From positions 1-37,124 of the forward strand of contig CBFGJN010000015.1 in assembly GCA_965649115.1 (NCBI GenBank): DNA of 37,124 nt, given 5' to 3'. Position 1 is the stretch's first letter; every line of letters starts with the position of its first letter. The stretch comes from a candidate division WOR-3 bacterium (GTDB lineage Bacteria; Hydrothermota; Hydrothermia; LBFQ01; DSFT01). The notes under the pieces are model-generated. The model ran no database searches, was not told the DNA's origin, and was given only the letters and a program-made list of their open reading frames with translations. Shown piece after piece: positions 1 to 10,025 of this stretch. Made by a program: the position numbers and the translations under genes.

Positions 1-119
1 TATGTGGTTCTGTAAACTTTAAGAATCATATAAATGTTTTGCTTGGGGGTTTTATAGAAGCTTTTGAGAATTTTAAAAATTTTGTTAGTTTAGGTAACTT
101 AAAGGAGGTGATAAAATGA
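1..119 (+). CDS. 3' end of an upstream gene (partial, unknown function)
   Basis: The frame is open from nt 3 (CGSVNFKNHINVLLGGFIEAFENFKNFVSLGNLKEVIK*) to TGA 117-119, which overlaps the next ATG (ATGA). Confidence 0.55.
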   Translation, partial: CGSVNFKNHINVLLGGFIEAFENFKNFVSLGNLKEVIK

Positions 120-2704
120 AAAGGATAATACTAGCAGCGGTTGTTCCAAAGATAAGAAATGAAACACAATTTGAAATTTTGATAGATTTTCTAAGAGCTA
201 TAAAGGAAACATATAATGAAGTTTGCTATGTCCCACTTTCTCAAGAAAAAACTAATAGATTACCTGACTATGATAAATTTATTTTAAAACTTAAAGAAAT
301 GGGATATGTTGAATGTCAAACTACTGAAAGTGAAAAATTAATTATATTTCAAGAGGATGGAGAGAATTCTATTGAAAGCGAAATTAAAAATAAAAAGGTT
401 TTTTATGAATGGGCAAAAATTTTCATTGCTTATAAAATTCATTCTCTTGATTTAGTGTATAAAAATAAATCAAGTGATAAAGAAAAGGAAGATATCAAGA
501 ATCAAATTGAAAATCTTTTAAAAATAAAAGAAAGAATAGATAAAATGGAGCAGGAAGAAATTCCTCAAAATGAGTTTAACAAAGGGAAACTTTACATTCA
601 CATTGACCTTGCTAATTTTACACCACTTGAAATTAGTAATAAAGACGAATTCTGGAAATGGCTTAATTTTATAGATGATTTGATACTACTTTCAAAGAAA
701 GAATTTAATAAGAATGATTGTGAGGTTTTTGTTTATCTTGAAGGAAATATGAATTATGAATTTAAAAAATACTACGAAGATTTAAGATCAGGAAAAATTG
801 AAAAGAAATCAAGGCATTTTATGGAACGATTTAAAAAACTTGATTTAGAAACAGATGATCTCATTAAAATTTTAAAATTGAAAAATTATAGTATTGAAAT
901 ACCACCAAAAGAAGCCGAACAATTAATTCCCGACAAAATTTCTGAAATAAAGAAAAAAGAACCTGACAGTATTCATGTTATTATAACGGATGACAAAGCA
1001 AGAGATACAACAGAATGTGATTTAAGAATAATTTATTTAAAAAGAAATGTTAGAAGAGTTCAAGATGTAGGAAAAGCGAAAAAAGTTATATCAATTGAAC
1101 AATACTACGAATTATTTCCAACATTTTATTGGTTTTTAAGAATTTTAAAAGAACAAGGCAGTATTGAAATAGACTTAAAAGAACCTGTTAAAGAAGAGAA
1201 AGTTAAATTCCAGTTAAGAGAACTTGATTTTCTAAAACAAGAAATCAACCAAATGAAATTTTTAACTCCTAACAGAAAAACAGAAATTATTTATAAACTA
1301 TTATCTCTTTACTATCAAAAACAAGAAAAATTTTTGGATTTTTGGAAAAACTTAGAGCACGAAACAAAATTTGAATTATTGGAAAACATAGAAGATTTGA
1401 ATGGAACTATTATTATATTTTTTCTGTTTAAAATTTTTGAAAATGAAACTGACCTTGCTATCCTACAAAAAATCAGAGATTTCTTTAAGAAAAAGAATGA
1501 AGAATTTTACTTTAGATTAAGTAATCTGATTGAAGAAAAAGAATTGGAATACGAATTAAATAAACTTCAAACAAGATATGAAGAAAAAATTGAAACCTAT
1601 CAAAAAATTCAAAATTACAAAGAACAAATTGAACAGATTAAAAAAATATCAGAGGATGAAAATATAAATGAGATTACTTTAAGAAGAGTGGAACAAGAAT
1701 ATTATACAACAAAGAGAAACTACGAAGAACTAAAACAAAAAATAACATATTATAAAGAAAGGCAAGATTCGCTTCAAAAAGAAATAAATCAACTTCAACA
1801 AGAAGAAAAGGAACTTGAAAATCAAAATTTACATTTATCTGAAAAATCAAGACAACTAAAAGAGAAAGTTAATAAACTTAGAAATAATGTAGAAAAATTA
1901 CAAAGCGAAGTATTAAGTTATGAAAATGAAAAGCAGAATTTAGAAAAAACTGATGAAGAACTTAAAAATAAAAAGGACGAACTAAAACGAAAGATAGAAA
2001 CTTTAAAAAATGAAATTGCTATATACGAACAAGATAATAAAAATATGGAAAAAGAAGTTAATGAAAAAGAGCAAAAACTTGAAAAATACAAAGAAATAAA
2101 ACAAAAGTACGAAAAAATAAAGGAACTTGAAATGATGGAAAAAGAGATCCAGAAACTAAAAGATGAAAACAAAATCAAAGAGGAAAATTTACAAAGTTTA
2201 AGAAGGCAAAAAGATGAACTTAAAAATAAAAATGAAAATCTTGAAAAGGAAGTTAATGAACTTAAGAGTAAGAATAATGAGCTAACACATAATAAAAACA
2301 ACTTAATTAATGAAAAACAAATACTTGAAAGGGAGAATAAGCAACTACAAGAAGAGATTTCAAAACTAAGTAATGAAAATCGAGAAAAATCAAAAAATAT
2401 AATAAATTTAATCAAAAAAAGAGATGAGCTTAAATCAAAAGATGAAATGTTAAAATCAAAAGAACAAAAATTAACAGAAGAAGTCAGAAAACTATCGGAG
2501 CAAAAAGAAGAATTAGAAAAGGAAGTTAATGAACTTGAAGAAAGAAAGAAATTTTATGAAGGTTTTAAAAAGGATCTAGAAGAAAGAAGAGAAACCTTAG
2601 TTCAATATAGAAACATAAAATCTCAAGAAGGAAACAAAGGATTAGTAAAAGAAATTGATGAACTCATAAGGAAAATTGACAAATTTTTAAGTGAATTATC
2701 ATGA
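116..2704 (+). CDS. Large protein with an N-terminal alpha/beta region (possible PIN/NYN-like nuclease fold) and a long C-terminal coiled coil
   Basis: 862-aa ORF with SD GGAGGTG. The C-terminal half is E/K/L/N-rich and heptad-like. Motifs LYIHIDLAN, PPKEAEQLI and VIITDDKARD lie in the N-terminal half. Confidence 0.7.
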   Translation: MKRIILAAVVPKIRNETQFEILIDFLRAIKETYNEVCYVPLSQEKTNRLPDYDKFILKLKEMGYVECQTTESEKLIIFQEDGENSIESEIKNKKVFYEWAKIFIAYKIHSLDLVYKNKSSDKEKEDIKNQIENLLKIKERIDKMEQEEIPQNEFNKGKLYIHIDLANFTPLEISNKDEFWKWLNFIDDLILLSKKEFNKNDCEVFVYLEGNMNYEFKKYYEDLRSGKIEKKSRHFMERFKKLDLETDDLIKILKLKNYSIEIPPKEAEQLIPDKISEIKKKEPDSIHVIITDDKARDTTECDLRIIYLKRNVRRVQDVGKAKKVISIEQYYELFPTFYWFLRILKEQGSIEIDLKEPVKEEKVKFQLRELDFLKQEINQMKFLTPNRKTEIIYKLLSLYYQKQEKFLDFWKNLEHETKFELLENIEDLNGTIIIFFLFKIFENETDLAILQKIRDFFKKKNEEFYFRLSNLIEEKELEYELNKLQTRYEEKIETYQKIQNYKEQIEQIKKISEDENINEITLRRVEQEYYTTKRNYEELKQKITYYKERQDSLQKEINQLQQEEKELENQNLHLSEKSRQLKEKVNKLRNNVEKLQSEVLSYENEKQNLEKTDEELKNKKDELKRKIETLKNEIAIYEQDNKNMEKEVNEKEQKLEKYKEIKQKYEKIKELEMMEKEIQKLKDENKIKEENLQSLRRQKDELKNKNENLEKEVNELKSKNNELTHNKNNLINEKQILERENKQLQEEISKLSNENREKSKNIINLIKKRDELKSKDEMLKSKEQKLTEEVRKLSEQKEELEKEVNELEERKKFYEGFKKDLEERRETLVQYRNIKSQEGNKGLVKEIDELIRKIDKFLSELS

Positions 2705-2722
2705 AAAACAAAGCTTGTAAAG

Positions 2723-2918
2723 AATAGAAATAATTATATTTTCGGAATTATTAGAGTCTAGTAATTATTGCTAAATGTCTGATAATCAATTACTTATAAA
2801 ATTTTCAAGAAAATTATTGATTTTTAGGGGGGCTCCGTAAGTAAAGCCGAAGGTTTAATTATAGGGTGGGTGGGAGAAATATAATAAAATAAATAGTTCC
2901 AGAATTACTAAACACAGC
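2723..2918 (+). mobile_element. Degenerate copy of the ~204-bp MITE-like element, preceded by a right-end fragment
   Basis: Matches element motifs (GATAATCAATTACTTATAAAATTTT, AAGCCGAAGGTTT, GGGTGGGTGGG, right end TTACTAAACACAGC). The left TIR is truncated. Confidence 0.8.
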
Positions 2919-2929
2919 AGAGCAATATT

Positions 2930-3133
2930 GCTTTGTCCAAATAATTATTGTTAAGCGATTGATAATCAATAATTTATAAAATTTTGAAGGAAATTGTTGA
3001 TTTGTTGGGGGGATTATTAGGGGGGCTCTGCCCCCCAAAGCCGAAATATGGGTATTTTAAAGGCGAAGCCTTGAATATAGGGCGGGTGGGAAAATAAAGA
3101 AAAATAAATAATTCCAAAATTTTTGGACACAGC
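2930..3133 (+). mobile_element. Full-length MITE-like element (204 bp) with 11-bp flanking direct repeat
   Basis: Ends GCTTTGTCCAAA...TTTTTGGACACAGC. AGAGCAATATT occurs at 2919-2929 and 3134-3144. Confidence 0.9.
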
Positions 3134-3156
3134 AGAGCAATATTAAGATTATCCTT

Positions 3157-3162
3157 TAAAAT
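3157..3162 (+). promoter_or_regulatory. Putative -10 box of a leaderless promoter
   Basis: TAAAAT 6 nt before ATG 3169, with no SD. The same pattern recurs at most operon starts. Confidence 0.6.
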
Positions 3163-3168
3163 TTTCAA

Positions 3169-3681
3169 ATGTTAAGTCCTGAACAAATAATTGAGAGAGC
3201 AAAAAAGTGGGAAATTGTGTTTGATTTATATGATAATCAAAAACCTATTAATGTTATAGTTGAAAGAAAAGTTAAAGATGGATATGTTGTGAAATTAAAG
3301 GACTTGGATTTAAATGGTTACTTAAAAACAAAGAAAAAACTTGAAATTAGTCAAGAAATTGAAGCAATAATTATAAGTGCCAATTATCTTACGAAAAGAA
3401 TTGAACTTAAACCTGCCAATTCAAAAATTAACGAAAAGAAAATTTTTAAAATTCTTAAAAAATCAAAAAAGAATAATACCCCTATAAAAGCAAAAATTTT
3501 AAATGTTATAAATGGTGGATTTGAAATATCTATTTTTGGTCAAAAAGGATTTATTCCACCTTCACACATTCCTAAAAAAATTTCTGAAAATTTATTTTAT
3601 CATATTGGCAAAGAATATCCTGTTTATATTTTAAGAGTAAATAAAGAAAACATATTAGCCTCTTTAAGACAAATTGAATAA
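3169..3681 (+). CDS. S1 RNA-binding domain protein (two S1 repeats; short RpsA-like)
   Basis: Two S1-like repeats: VKDGYVVKL...NGYL and VINGGFEISIFGQKGFIPPSHI...ENILASLR. Confidence 0.75.
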   Translation: MLSPEQIIERAKKWEIVFDLYDNQKPINVIVERKVKDGYVVKLKDLDLNGYLKTKKKLEISQEIEAIIISANYLTKRIELKPANSKINEKKIFKILKKSKKNNTPIKAKILNVINGGFEISIFGQKGFIPPSHIPKKISENLFYHIGKEYPVYILRVNKENILASLRQIE

Positions 3682-3700
3682 ATGCTTATTTAATATAATT

Positions 3701-4153
3701 TTATATATCATAAAATTTCTTTTTCTTTTTAGGCTTTGGAATTTCTATATTTTCAAGTAATTTTTCACTAACATATATCTTTGATTTAAATCGTAATGCA
3801 AGAGCAATAGCATCACTTGGTCTTGAATCAATTATTCTCTCATCTTTAAAGAACAAGAACCTCTTTGTTAGATGAATTTTAGCATAATATACACCTTCTT
3901 TTAAATCATAAATTTCAATATATTCTATATTTCCATCAAGATTCTTTATTATATTTGTTGTTAATTCATGAGTTAAGGGTCTTGGTGTCTCTATATTTTC
4001 CTTTGCTATAATAATAGCCTCACCTTCATTCTTACCTATTGTCATAGTTAAAAATTTCATTTGTGATTTATCGGAAAGAACTATAATATAACCATCTCCT
4101 ATATCCAAAAGCCCATGAACTTCCACTTCAACCAAATTTAAAAGAAATAACAT
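3701..4153 (-). CDS. Bifunctional nuclease family (DUF151) protein
   Basis: Motifs IG..EG.AI, PRPLTHEL, EGVYYAKI and IDSRPSDAIALALR. The start is reassigned to ATG 4153, 6 nt after TATAAT, because the ORF-track extension runs into the repeat. Confidence 0.85.
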   Translation of the reverse strand: MLFLLNLVEVEVHGLLDIGDGYIIVLSDKSQMKFLTMTIGKNEGEAIIIAKENIETPRPLTHELTTNIIKNLDGNIEYIEIYDLKEGVYYAKIHLTKRFLFFKDERIIDSRPSDAIALALRFKSKIYVSEKLLENIEIPKPKKKKKFYDI

Positions 4154-4180
4154 TCCAAAATTATAAAGCATAAAAAATAT

Positions 4181-4343
4181 GCCTTGCCTAGTAATTCTGA
4201 AATATAGATTATTTGTTATTTTGCCCACCCACCCTGAAAATAAGGCTTTGCTCCCCTATAATCCCCCATAAAATCAATAATTTCTTTAAAAATTTTATAA
4301 GTTATTTACTATCAATCACTTAACACCATTTGCTAGACAAAGC
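4181..4343 (-). mobile_element. Internally deleted MITE-like element (163 bp) with 11-bp direct repeat
   Basis: Ends GCCTTGCCTAGTAA...TTGCTAGACAAAGC. ATAAAAAATAT occurs at 4170-4180 and 4344-4354. Confidence 0.85.
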
Positions 4344-4354
4344 ATAAAAAATAT

Positions 4355-4560
4355 GCCTTGTTTTCCCACCCACCCCAAAACAAGACGGAGCCTTGAAAAT
4401 ACCCATTTTTATGCCTGGGGGCAAAACCCTCCATTACCCTCTCAATAAATCAGCTATTTTCTATGTTTTGCCCACTCAGGTTCTACCTACCCATATCTCG
4501 GCAGAGGTGAGCATTGCCTCCCATTAAATCCTCTGTAAAACAATTCTGAAAATAATAATT
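4355..4560 (-). mobile_element. Two or more decayed element copies in tandem
   Basis: GCCTTG end at 4355, plus CCCACCCACCC, CCCATTTTT and decayed hairpins. A second decayed unit lies at about 4456-4535. Confidence 0.7.
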
Positions 4561-4576
4561 ACAGAAAATTTCTATC

Positions 4577-5212
4577 TTAAATTTTTGATGAGCATATACA
4601 AACAAATCCACCTTCCTTATGGAATCCTTCCTTTATTTCAAAATTTTTTATTGGTTCTTCGTCTTGTGGCTCTTCAAAAAGTGTTGTTAAGACTTTATTT
4701 ATTTTAAATTTTGACAATTCTAACATAGCACAGATTTCATAATAAGAATAAAAAAATGCCTTTTGATATAATGGATGTTCCTTTTTACTTTTATAAAATT
4801 GTGCCCAAGGTGAATCCCATAGTATTAATCCAAGAACTAATTTTCCATTATCTTTCAAAACTCTATAACTTTCTTTTAAAACTAAAAAAGGTTCCTTTAT
4901 AAAACAAAGCGAAACAACTATTAAAACTAAATCAAATACTTTATCCTTAAATGGTAAATTTTCACCTTTTGATTTCAATACAACTATATCTCTATTTTTT
5001 GCTATTTTCAACATATTTAAGGAAATATCTATTCCGTACTTGACATTTAATTTTTGGGCAAATCTTCCTGTTCCAACGCCTATTTCAAGTCCCCTATCAA
5101 AAGAACCTATAATTTTTTTCAAACATTGAATTTCTAATTCATAAGCACTTTTACCAAATGGTTTTTCAAACCATTCATCGTATCTCTGATAATAGCTATC
5201 AAATATATTCAT
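4577..5212 (-). CDS. Class I SAM-dependent methyltransferase
   Basis: Motifs LEIGVGTGRF, GIDIS..ML and GENLPF...FD. The start is set at ATG 5212 (MNIFD), which is coupled to the upstream sORF. Confidence 0.9.
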   Translation of the reverse strand: MNIFDSYYQRYDEWFEKPFGKSAYELEIQCLKKIIGSFDRGLEIGVGTGRFAQKLNVKYGIDISLNMLKIAKNRDIVVLKSKGENLPFKDKVFDLVLIVVSLCFIKEPFLVLKESYRVLKDNGKLVLGLILWDSPWAQFYKSKKEHPLYQKAFFYSYYEICAMLELSKFKINKVLTTLFEEPQDEEPIKNFEIKEGFHKEGGFVCICSSKI

Positions 5213-5283
5213 TTTTGAAAAAGCGGTTTTAAAACCCAATAAAGTCCAATAAAAAATAATAGAGAAAAGTATATAATATCCAT
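5209..5283 (-). CDS. Small single-TM peptide, 24 aa ([24 protein letters not shown])
   Basis: Fills the gap exactly, with a TAATG overlap with the mnmG stop and an ATGA overlap with the methyltransferase start. Hydrophobic sequence. Confidence 0.7.
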   Translation of the reverse strand: MDIIYFSLLFFIGLYWVLKPLFQK

Positions 5284-7142
5284 TAGTTTGCTGTCCTTTG
5301 TAAATAATAATAGAGATTTATAACATCAGTAGGTTTAATACCTGGGATTCTTAAAGCTTGACCAAGCGTTTTTGGTTTATACTTCATAAGTTTATCCTTT
5401 CCTTCATTTGATATATTTGAGATTAAATTGTAATCTATATCATTAGGAATTATATATTTTTCAATTTTTTGAAGTCTTTTCGCTTCCTCCAACAATCTTT
5501 TTATATAACCTTCATACTTAACTTCAATTTCAATTTTTTCAATCAATAAACTATCTTCAACCTTACCATATCCCCATTTTAATAAATGTTCATATCTAAC
5601 ATTATTTCTTTTTAATAAGTCAAATAAGCTTATGCTATCTCTAATCTCTGTTTCTCCTATTTCTTTTAATTTAGGATTTATCTCGCTTGATTTAACTCTT
5701 ACCTCCTTTAATCTTCTAATTTCCTCATTAACAATGTCTATTTTTTCCTTTATTAACTTATAATCTTCGTACTTTAAGAGTCCAAGTTTATAACCATATT
5801 CTGATAATCTATCATAAGCATTATCCATTCTGTGAATTAGTCTATATTCGTTTCTACTTGTTAGCATTCTATAAGGTTCATCTGCTCCTTTTGTAATTAA
5901 GTCATCAATAAGAACACCGATATATCCATCTTGTCTTGTTAAATAAAATGGTTCTTTGTTCAATGCTCTTAAAGCAGCATTTATTCCTGCAATTATTCCC
6001 TGACTTGCTGCTTCTTCATATCCAGTAGTTCCATTTATTTGACCTGCTAAAAATAAATTTTCTAATTTTTTTGTTTCAAGCCAAGGATAAAGTTCTCTTG
6101 GGTCTATAAAATCATATTCAACAGCATAGCCAGGTCTCAAAATAACAGCATTTTCAAGACCTGGAAGTGTCCTTAGCATTTCATATTGGATTTCTAAGGG
6201 CAGAGATGTTGAAAAACCATTTAGGTACCATTCATTGGTATCCCTTCCATCAGGTTCTAAAATAATTCTATGACTTTTTACTTCTTTAAAAAATTCAACA
6301 ACTTTTGTTTCAAAACTTGGACAGTATCTTGGACCTTTACTTTTAATTAAGCCATTGTACATAGGCGCTAAGTGAATGTTTTTTATAACGATTTCATGTG
6401 TCTTTTCATTTGAATATGTAATATAACAAGGAATTTGTTCTATTTTCAAATATGGATTTCTAAATGAGAATCCTCTTGGAGGATTATCTGGCTCATCAAT
6501 TTTTAATTTTGAAAAATCAATAGTTCTACCATCAACTCTTGGAGATGTTCCTGTCTTTAATCTTGATATATTGAAAATTTCTCTTAATTGTTTTGAGAGT
6601 TCAATTGAAGGTGATTCTCCAAGTCTTCCCGCAGGTTTAGTATTATAACCAACATATATTTTCCCACCAAGAAATGTTCCCGTTGTTAAAACTACTGCTT
6701 TTGAATAAAATTCATAACCGAGTGATGTTCTTAGTCCTATAACCTTATATTTATCAATAATTAAATTAACAACTTCTTCTTGAAAAACTGTTAAATTTTT
6801 TGTATTCATTACAACTTTCTTCATCCTTTCTCTATAAGCTTTTCTATCCACTTGCGCCCTTAATGACCAAACAGCAGGACCTTTTCTAACATTCAACATC
6901 TTTGTAGATATAGCACATTCGTCAGTTGCTAAGGCAATTTCTCCTCCAAGAGCGTCTATTTCTTTAATAAGATGAGCCTTTGCTATTCCACCCATAGCGG
7001 GATTACAAGACATTTGACCAATTTTATCAATATCCAAAGTTAATAATAATGTTTTTAAACCCATTCTTGCACTTGCTAAACTTGCTTCAATGCCTGCATG
7101 TCCTCCACCAACAACAATTACATCAAAATTCTTTTCTATCAT
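5283..7142 (-). CDS. mnmG: tRNA uridine 5-carboxymethylaminomethyl modification enzyme MnmG (GidA)
   Basis: Motifs [37 protein letters not shown] and [13 protein letters not shown]. The start is set at ATG 7142 (MIEKNFDV). Confidence 0.97.
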   Translation of the reverse strand: MIEKNFDVIVVGGGHAGIEASLASARMGLKTLLLTLDIDKIGQMSCNPAMGGIAKAHLIKEIDALGGEIALATDECAISTKMLNVRKGPAVWSLRAQVDRKAYRERMKKVVMNTKNLTVFQEEVVNLIIDKYKVIGLRTSLGYEFYSKAVVLTTGTFLGGKIYVGYNTKPAGRLGESPSIELSKQLREIFNISRLKTGTSPRVDGRTIDFSKLKIDEPDNPPRGFSFRNPYLKIEQIPCYITYSNEKTHEIVIKNIHLAPMYNGLIKSKGPRYCPSFETKVVEFFKEVKSHRIILEPDGRDTNEWYLNGFSTSLPLEIQYEMLRTLPGLENAVILRPGYAVEYDFIDPRELYPWLETKKLENLFLAGQINGTTGYEEAASQGIIAGINAALRALNKEPFYLTRQDGYIGVLIDDLITKGADEPYRMLTSRNEYRLIHRMDNAYDRLSEYGYKLGLLKYEDYKLIKEKIDIVNEEIRRLKEVRVKSSEINPKLKEIGETEIRDSISLFDLLKRNNVRYEHLLKWGYGKVEDSLLIEKIEIEVKYEGYIKRLLEEAKRLQKIEKYIIPNDIDYNLISNISNEGKDKLMKYKPKTLGQALRIPGIKPTDVINLYYYLQRTAN

Positions 7143-7170
7143 AAAGTTATAAATTTTAAAGCTGTTTTTA

Positions 7171-7304
7171 TGCCTTAAATGCCCATTTTTAGGCTTTGGA
7201 GGGCAAAGTAGTTTCAAATAGATTTTTATAAGTTATTGATAATCAATCGCTTAACAACAATTATTAGGGAACTTTCGCCACCTATTTACTACATTTCCAG
7301 AGTT
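7171..7304. mobile_element. Decayed element fragments between divergent promoters
   Basis: GCCCATTTTTAGGCTTTGGAGGGC and TTTTATAAGTTATTGATAATCAATCGCTTAACAA match the reverse complement of the element. A short right-end fragment follows. Confidence 0.75.
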
Positions 7305-7336
7305 CTAATGATTGAACTTTAAAATTTTCAAAAATA

Positions 7337-7558
7337 ATGAAAAATAACATTGGAACAACAGATAGAATGTTAAGAATAGCTTCAAGCATCATTTTAATAG
7401 CTTTATCTATTTCGGTAAATTTATCAAATTTTATAAGAATTATCCTCATTATACTATCAATTTTTCTAATTTTTACTTCAATTATAGGATTTTGTCCAAT
7501 ATATAGAATTTTTAATTTTAATAGTAAAAAAATTGACCCTCTTGAAAGAAGAAAATAA
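7337..7558 (+). CDS. DUF2892 (YgaP-like) membrane protein
   Basis: N.G..DR..R motif, two TM segments and GFCPIY. Confidence 0.85.
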   Translation: MKNNIGTTDRMLRIASSIILIALSISVNLSNFIRIILIILSIFLIFTSIIGFCPIYRIFNFNSKKIDPLERRK

Positions 7559-8181
7559 TGTCAATTACTGAAATTTTAGCAAAATTTTTTTCTAATATCA
7601 TTTATGAAGTGGGATATATTGGAGTTATGATTTTAATGGCTATGGAAAGTATGATTTTTCCTGTTCCAAGTGAAGCAGTGATGCCATTTACAGGTTTTCT
7701 TATCTACGAAGAGAAATTTAGTTGGGTTGGTGTATTTATATTTTCAACACTTGGAAGTATTATTGGTTCTTCAATTTCATATTTAATGGGACTTTATGGT
7801 GGAAGAATGTTTATTTTAAAATATGGAAAGTACTTTTTACTTGAAACGGAGCATCTTGAAATTACTGAAAAATTTTTTCATAAATATGGTGAAATAACAA
7901 TTTTAATTAGTAGATTTATTCCTGTTGTAAGACATTTAATTTCTATACCAGCAGGAATAGCAAAAATGAATTTTATTAAGTTTATTATATTCACAACGAT
8001 AGGAGCAAGCATTTGGAATATGTTTTTGGCTTATATGGGATATATTTTAAAAAGCAATTGGAAAGAAATTATGAAATATAGTAAAATTTTAGACTTTGTA
8101 ATAATTTTAGTAATTGTCTTGGCAATAGGATATTTCTTTTATAAACATTTAAATAATTCTAAATCTTTCAGAATACGCTGA
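7558..8181 (+). CDS. DedA family membrane protein
   Basis: Motifs ESMIFPVPSE and RFIPVVRHLISIPAG. Confidence 0.92.
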   Translation: MSITEILAKFFSNIIYEVGYIGVMILMAMESMIFPVPSEAVMPFTGFLIYEEKFSWVGVFIFSTLGSIIGSSISYLMGLYGGRMFILKYGKYFLLETEHLEITEKFFHKYGEITILISRFIPVVRHLISIPAGIAKMNFIKFIIFTTIGASIWNMFLAYMGYILKSNWKEIMKYSKILDFVIILVIVLAIGYFFYKHLNNSKSFRIR

Positions 8182-8207
8182 GTGAGAAATCCCAAATTGT
8201 CAAATCA

Positions 8208-8312
8208 TTTAATGGCCATTTTTAGGCTTTGGAGAGGCAAACCCCCCCTGATGGCATAAAAATCGGCCTTTTAAAGCGGAAGGCTTATTAGTAGGGGGAA
8301 AAATATAGAATA
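8208..8312. mobile_element. Fused, oppositely oriented element fragments
   Basis: GCCATTTTTAGGCTTTGGAGAGGC (minus strand) is followed by GGCATAAAAATCGG...AAGCGGAAGGCTT...GGGGGAAAAATATAGAA (plus strand). Confidence 0.65.
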
Positions 8313-8336
8313 ACTATCCTTTAAAATTTCAAAGTT

Positions 8337-10025
8337 ATGGTCATCTTTATTATAAGAAAAGGAGAAAAAGAGGAGCTTTTGAAAATAAAGCAAGTTCCTT
8401 ATACTTTTTCAAAAGAAAAGGGTGACTTTTTGGATAGTAATTTAAACGAAAATCATTTTACAATAATGGGTTATAGTGATAAGGAAGTTTTCATAAGAGC
8501 AAATTCAAAAGTAATATATAAAGATAAAGAAATAATTGGTGATTTCAAGATAAGAGAAAATGAAACATTTATAGCAAATGGAATTGAAATTACGCTTGCT
8601 AAAATTGATATTGGAGTTCAAGCAGAAGACATCTCAAGAAGTCAACCAACACAATTTATAGATATTGAAGAAGCGGAAGTTCCTTATCTTAAAATTCTAT
8701 CAGGTCCTGATGCAGGCAAGATAATTGAGATTGACAAAACGGGAATTATTGGAAGAGGAGAAGAAGCCGATTATAAAATAGATGATCAATATGTTTCAAG
8801 AAAACAAGCAAAAATATATGTTTTTGACGATAAATATGAAATTGAAGATATTGGTGGAAAAAATCCAACATTATTAAATGGAAAAGTTTTAACGAAAATA
8901 ATGCCTCTTCATAGTGGTGATGAAATTCAAATTGGAAAAACAAGAATTTTATTTGTAAATCCAAAAGAGAAACCCGAAAGTGAAATTTATAAATCCAAAG
9001 GTATTCCAGCTTATGTTTATGGAATTTTAGCATTTATTATAATAATTTTAATTGGTTTTGGAATTTGGTTTTATAATGCACAACAAGAAAACAAATTTAA
9101 TAATTTAATAAGTTCAGCAAGTTCAACAATTCCTATAATTTCACAGCTTGAAACAACCGAAAAGAAAATTAATGCTCTTGAAAGAGCAAAAGATGAAATA
9201 AATCAGGCTGAAAAAATTAAGAAAAATGACCAAAGAATTTCAGATTTAAAACCACTTATTGAAAAATTATTAAATGCGTGGAAAGATGTAAAGAAAGCAG
9301 AAGAAAGCATAAATAATGGTGATTATTTTAGTGCTTTAAACTCAATTGAAAATGCTATCAAGGTTTTAGAAAATGATAAATATGTAAATAGTTTATATGA
9401 CCAAATTTTAATAGCAACTGTTGTTCAACAAAATTATGCAGAAGCAAAAGCATTATTTGAAAATGGAAAAATTAATGAAGCATTGGAAGTTTTAAATTTG
9501 GCTCTAAATAGAGCACCAGATCATCCACAACTATTAGAACTTAAAAAAATTATTTTAGATGCTCAAAGAAGAAAAACAACTCAATCTGAAATTCAACAAA
9601 AACTTGCATCACTAAAAGATGTTAAGCCAAAAGAAGAAAAGAAAGAGGAAGTAGCACAAAAACCAAAAGAACAAAAATCACTTGAATCAACAATAAAAAT
9701 TGATGTTCCAAGAATAAACTTAGAAACAGCACAACCTGAGATAAATTTAGATATTACGCTTGATGAAACGAAAAACTTAGTTAATGCTTATGAAAAAGAG
9801 CACAATTTAGATAAGACAATTAGAATAGCAACATCTATATTACAAAGTGACCCAAATAATGTTAAAGCAAAGTACTATTTGAGATTAGCTCAGAAAGAAA
9901 AGCAAGCACTTGCTTATGAAAAGCAAGGTAAAAAAGCAGAAGCAATATCAATTTGGGAAGAAATTCTTAAATTAGATCCTTCAAATACTTGGGCAAAGCA
10001 AGCGCTTTTAAGACTTGGAAAATGA
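8337..10025 (+). CDS. FHA-domain single-pass membrane protein with C-terminal TPR-like helices
   Basis: FHA motifs (IIGR, YVSRKQA, GKNPTLLNG, LHSGDEIQIG), a TM segment (VYGILAFIIIILIGFGIW) and TPR-like repeats. Confidence 0.85.
   Translation: MVIFIIRKGEKEELLKIKQVPYTFSKEKGDFLDSNLNENHFTIMGYSDKEVFIRANSKVIYKDKEIIGDFKIRENETFIANGIEITLAKIDIGVQAEDISRSQPTQFIDIEEAEVPYLKILSGPDAGKIIEIDKTGIIGRGEEADYKIDDQYVSRKQAKIYVFDDKYEIEDIGGKNPTLLNGKVLTKIMPLHSGDEIQIGKTRILFVNPKEKPESEIYKSKGIPAYVYGILAFIIIILIGFGIWFYNAQQENKFNNLISSASSTIPIISQLETTEKKINALERAKDEINQAEKIKKNDQRISDLKPLIEKLLNAWKDVKKAEESINNGDYFSALNSIENAIKVLENDKYVNSLYDQILIATVVQQNYAEAKALFENGKINEALEVLNLALNRAPDHPQLLELKKIILDAQRRKTTQSEIQQKLASLKDVKPKEEKKEEVAQKPKEQKSLESTIKIDVPRINLETAQPEINLDITLDETKNLVNAYEKEHNLDKTIRIATSILQSDPNNVKAKYYLRLAQKEKQALAYEKQGKKAEAISIWEEILKLDPSNTWAKQALLRLGK

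Noticed and set aside
1918..2415. 165-aa F/S/L-rich antisense ORF
   Set aside because: Shadow of the E/K-rich coiled-coil gene.
116..2704. SMC/Rad50 ATPase call
   Set aside because: No Walker A/B motifs, signature motif or hinge.
2974..3168. 64-aa minus-strand ORF
   Set aside because: It lies across the repeat element, and I saw no sign that this frame is kept in other copies.
7143..7217. ORF-track N-terminal extensions of mnmG (also DUF151 4154-4228 and M23 25919-25984)
   Set aside because: They run through promoter and repeat DNA, and better-supported starts lie downstream.
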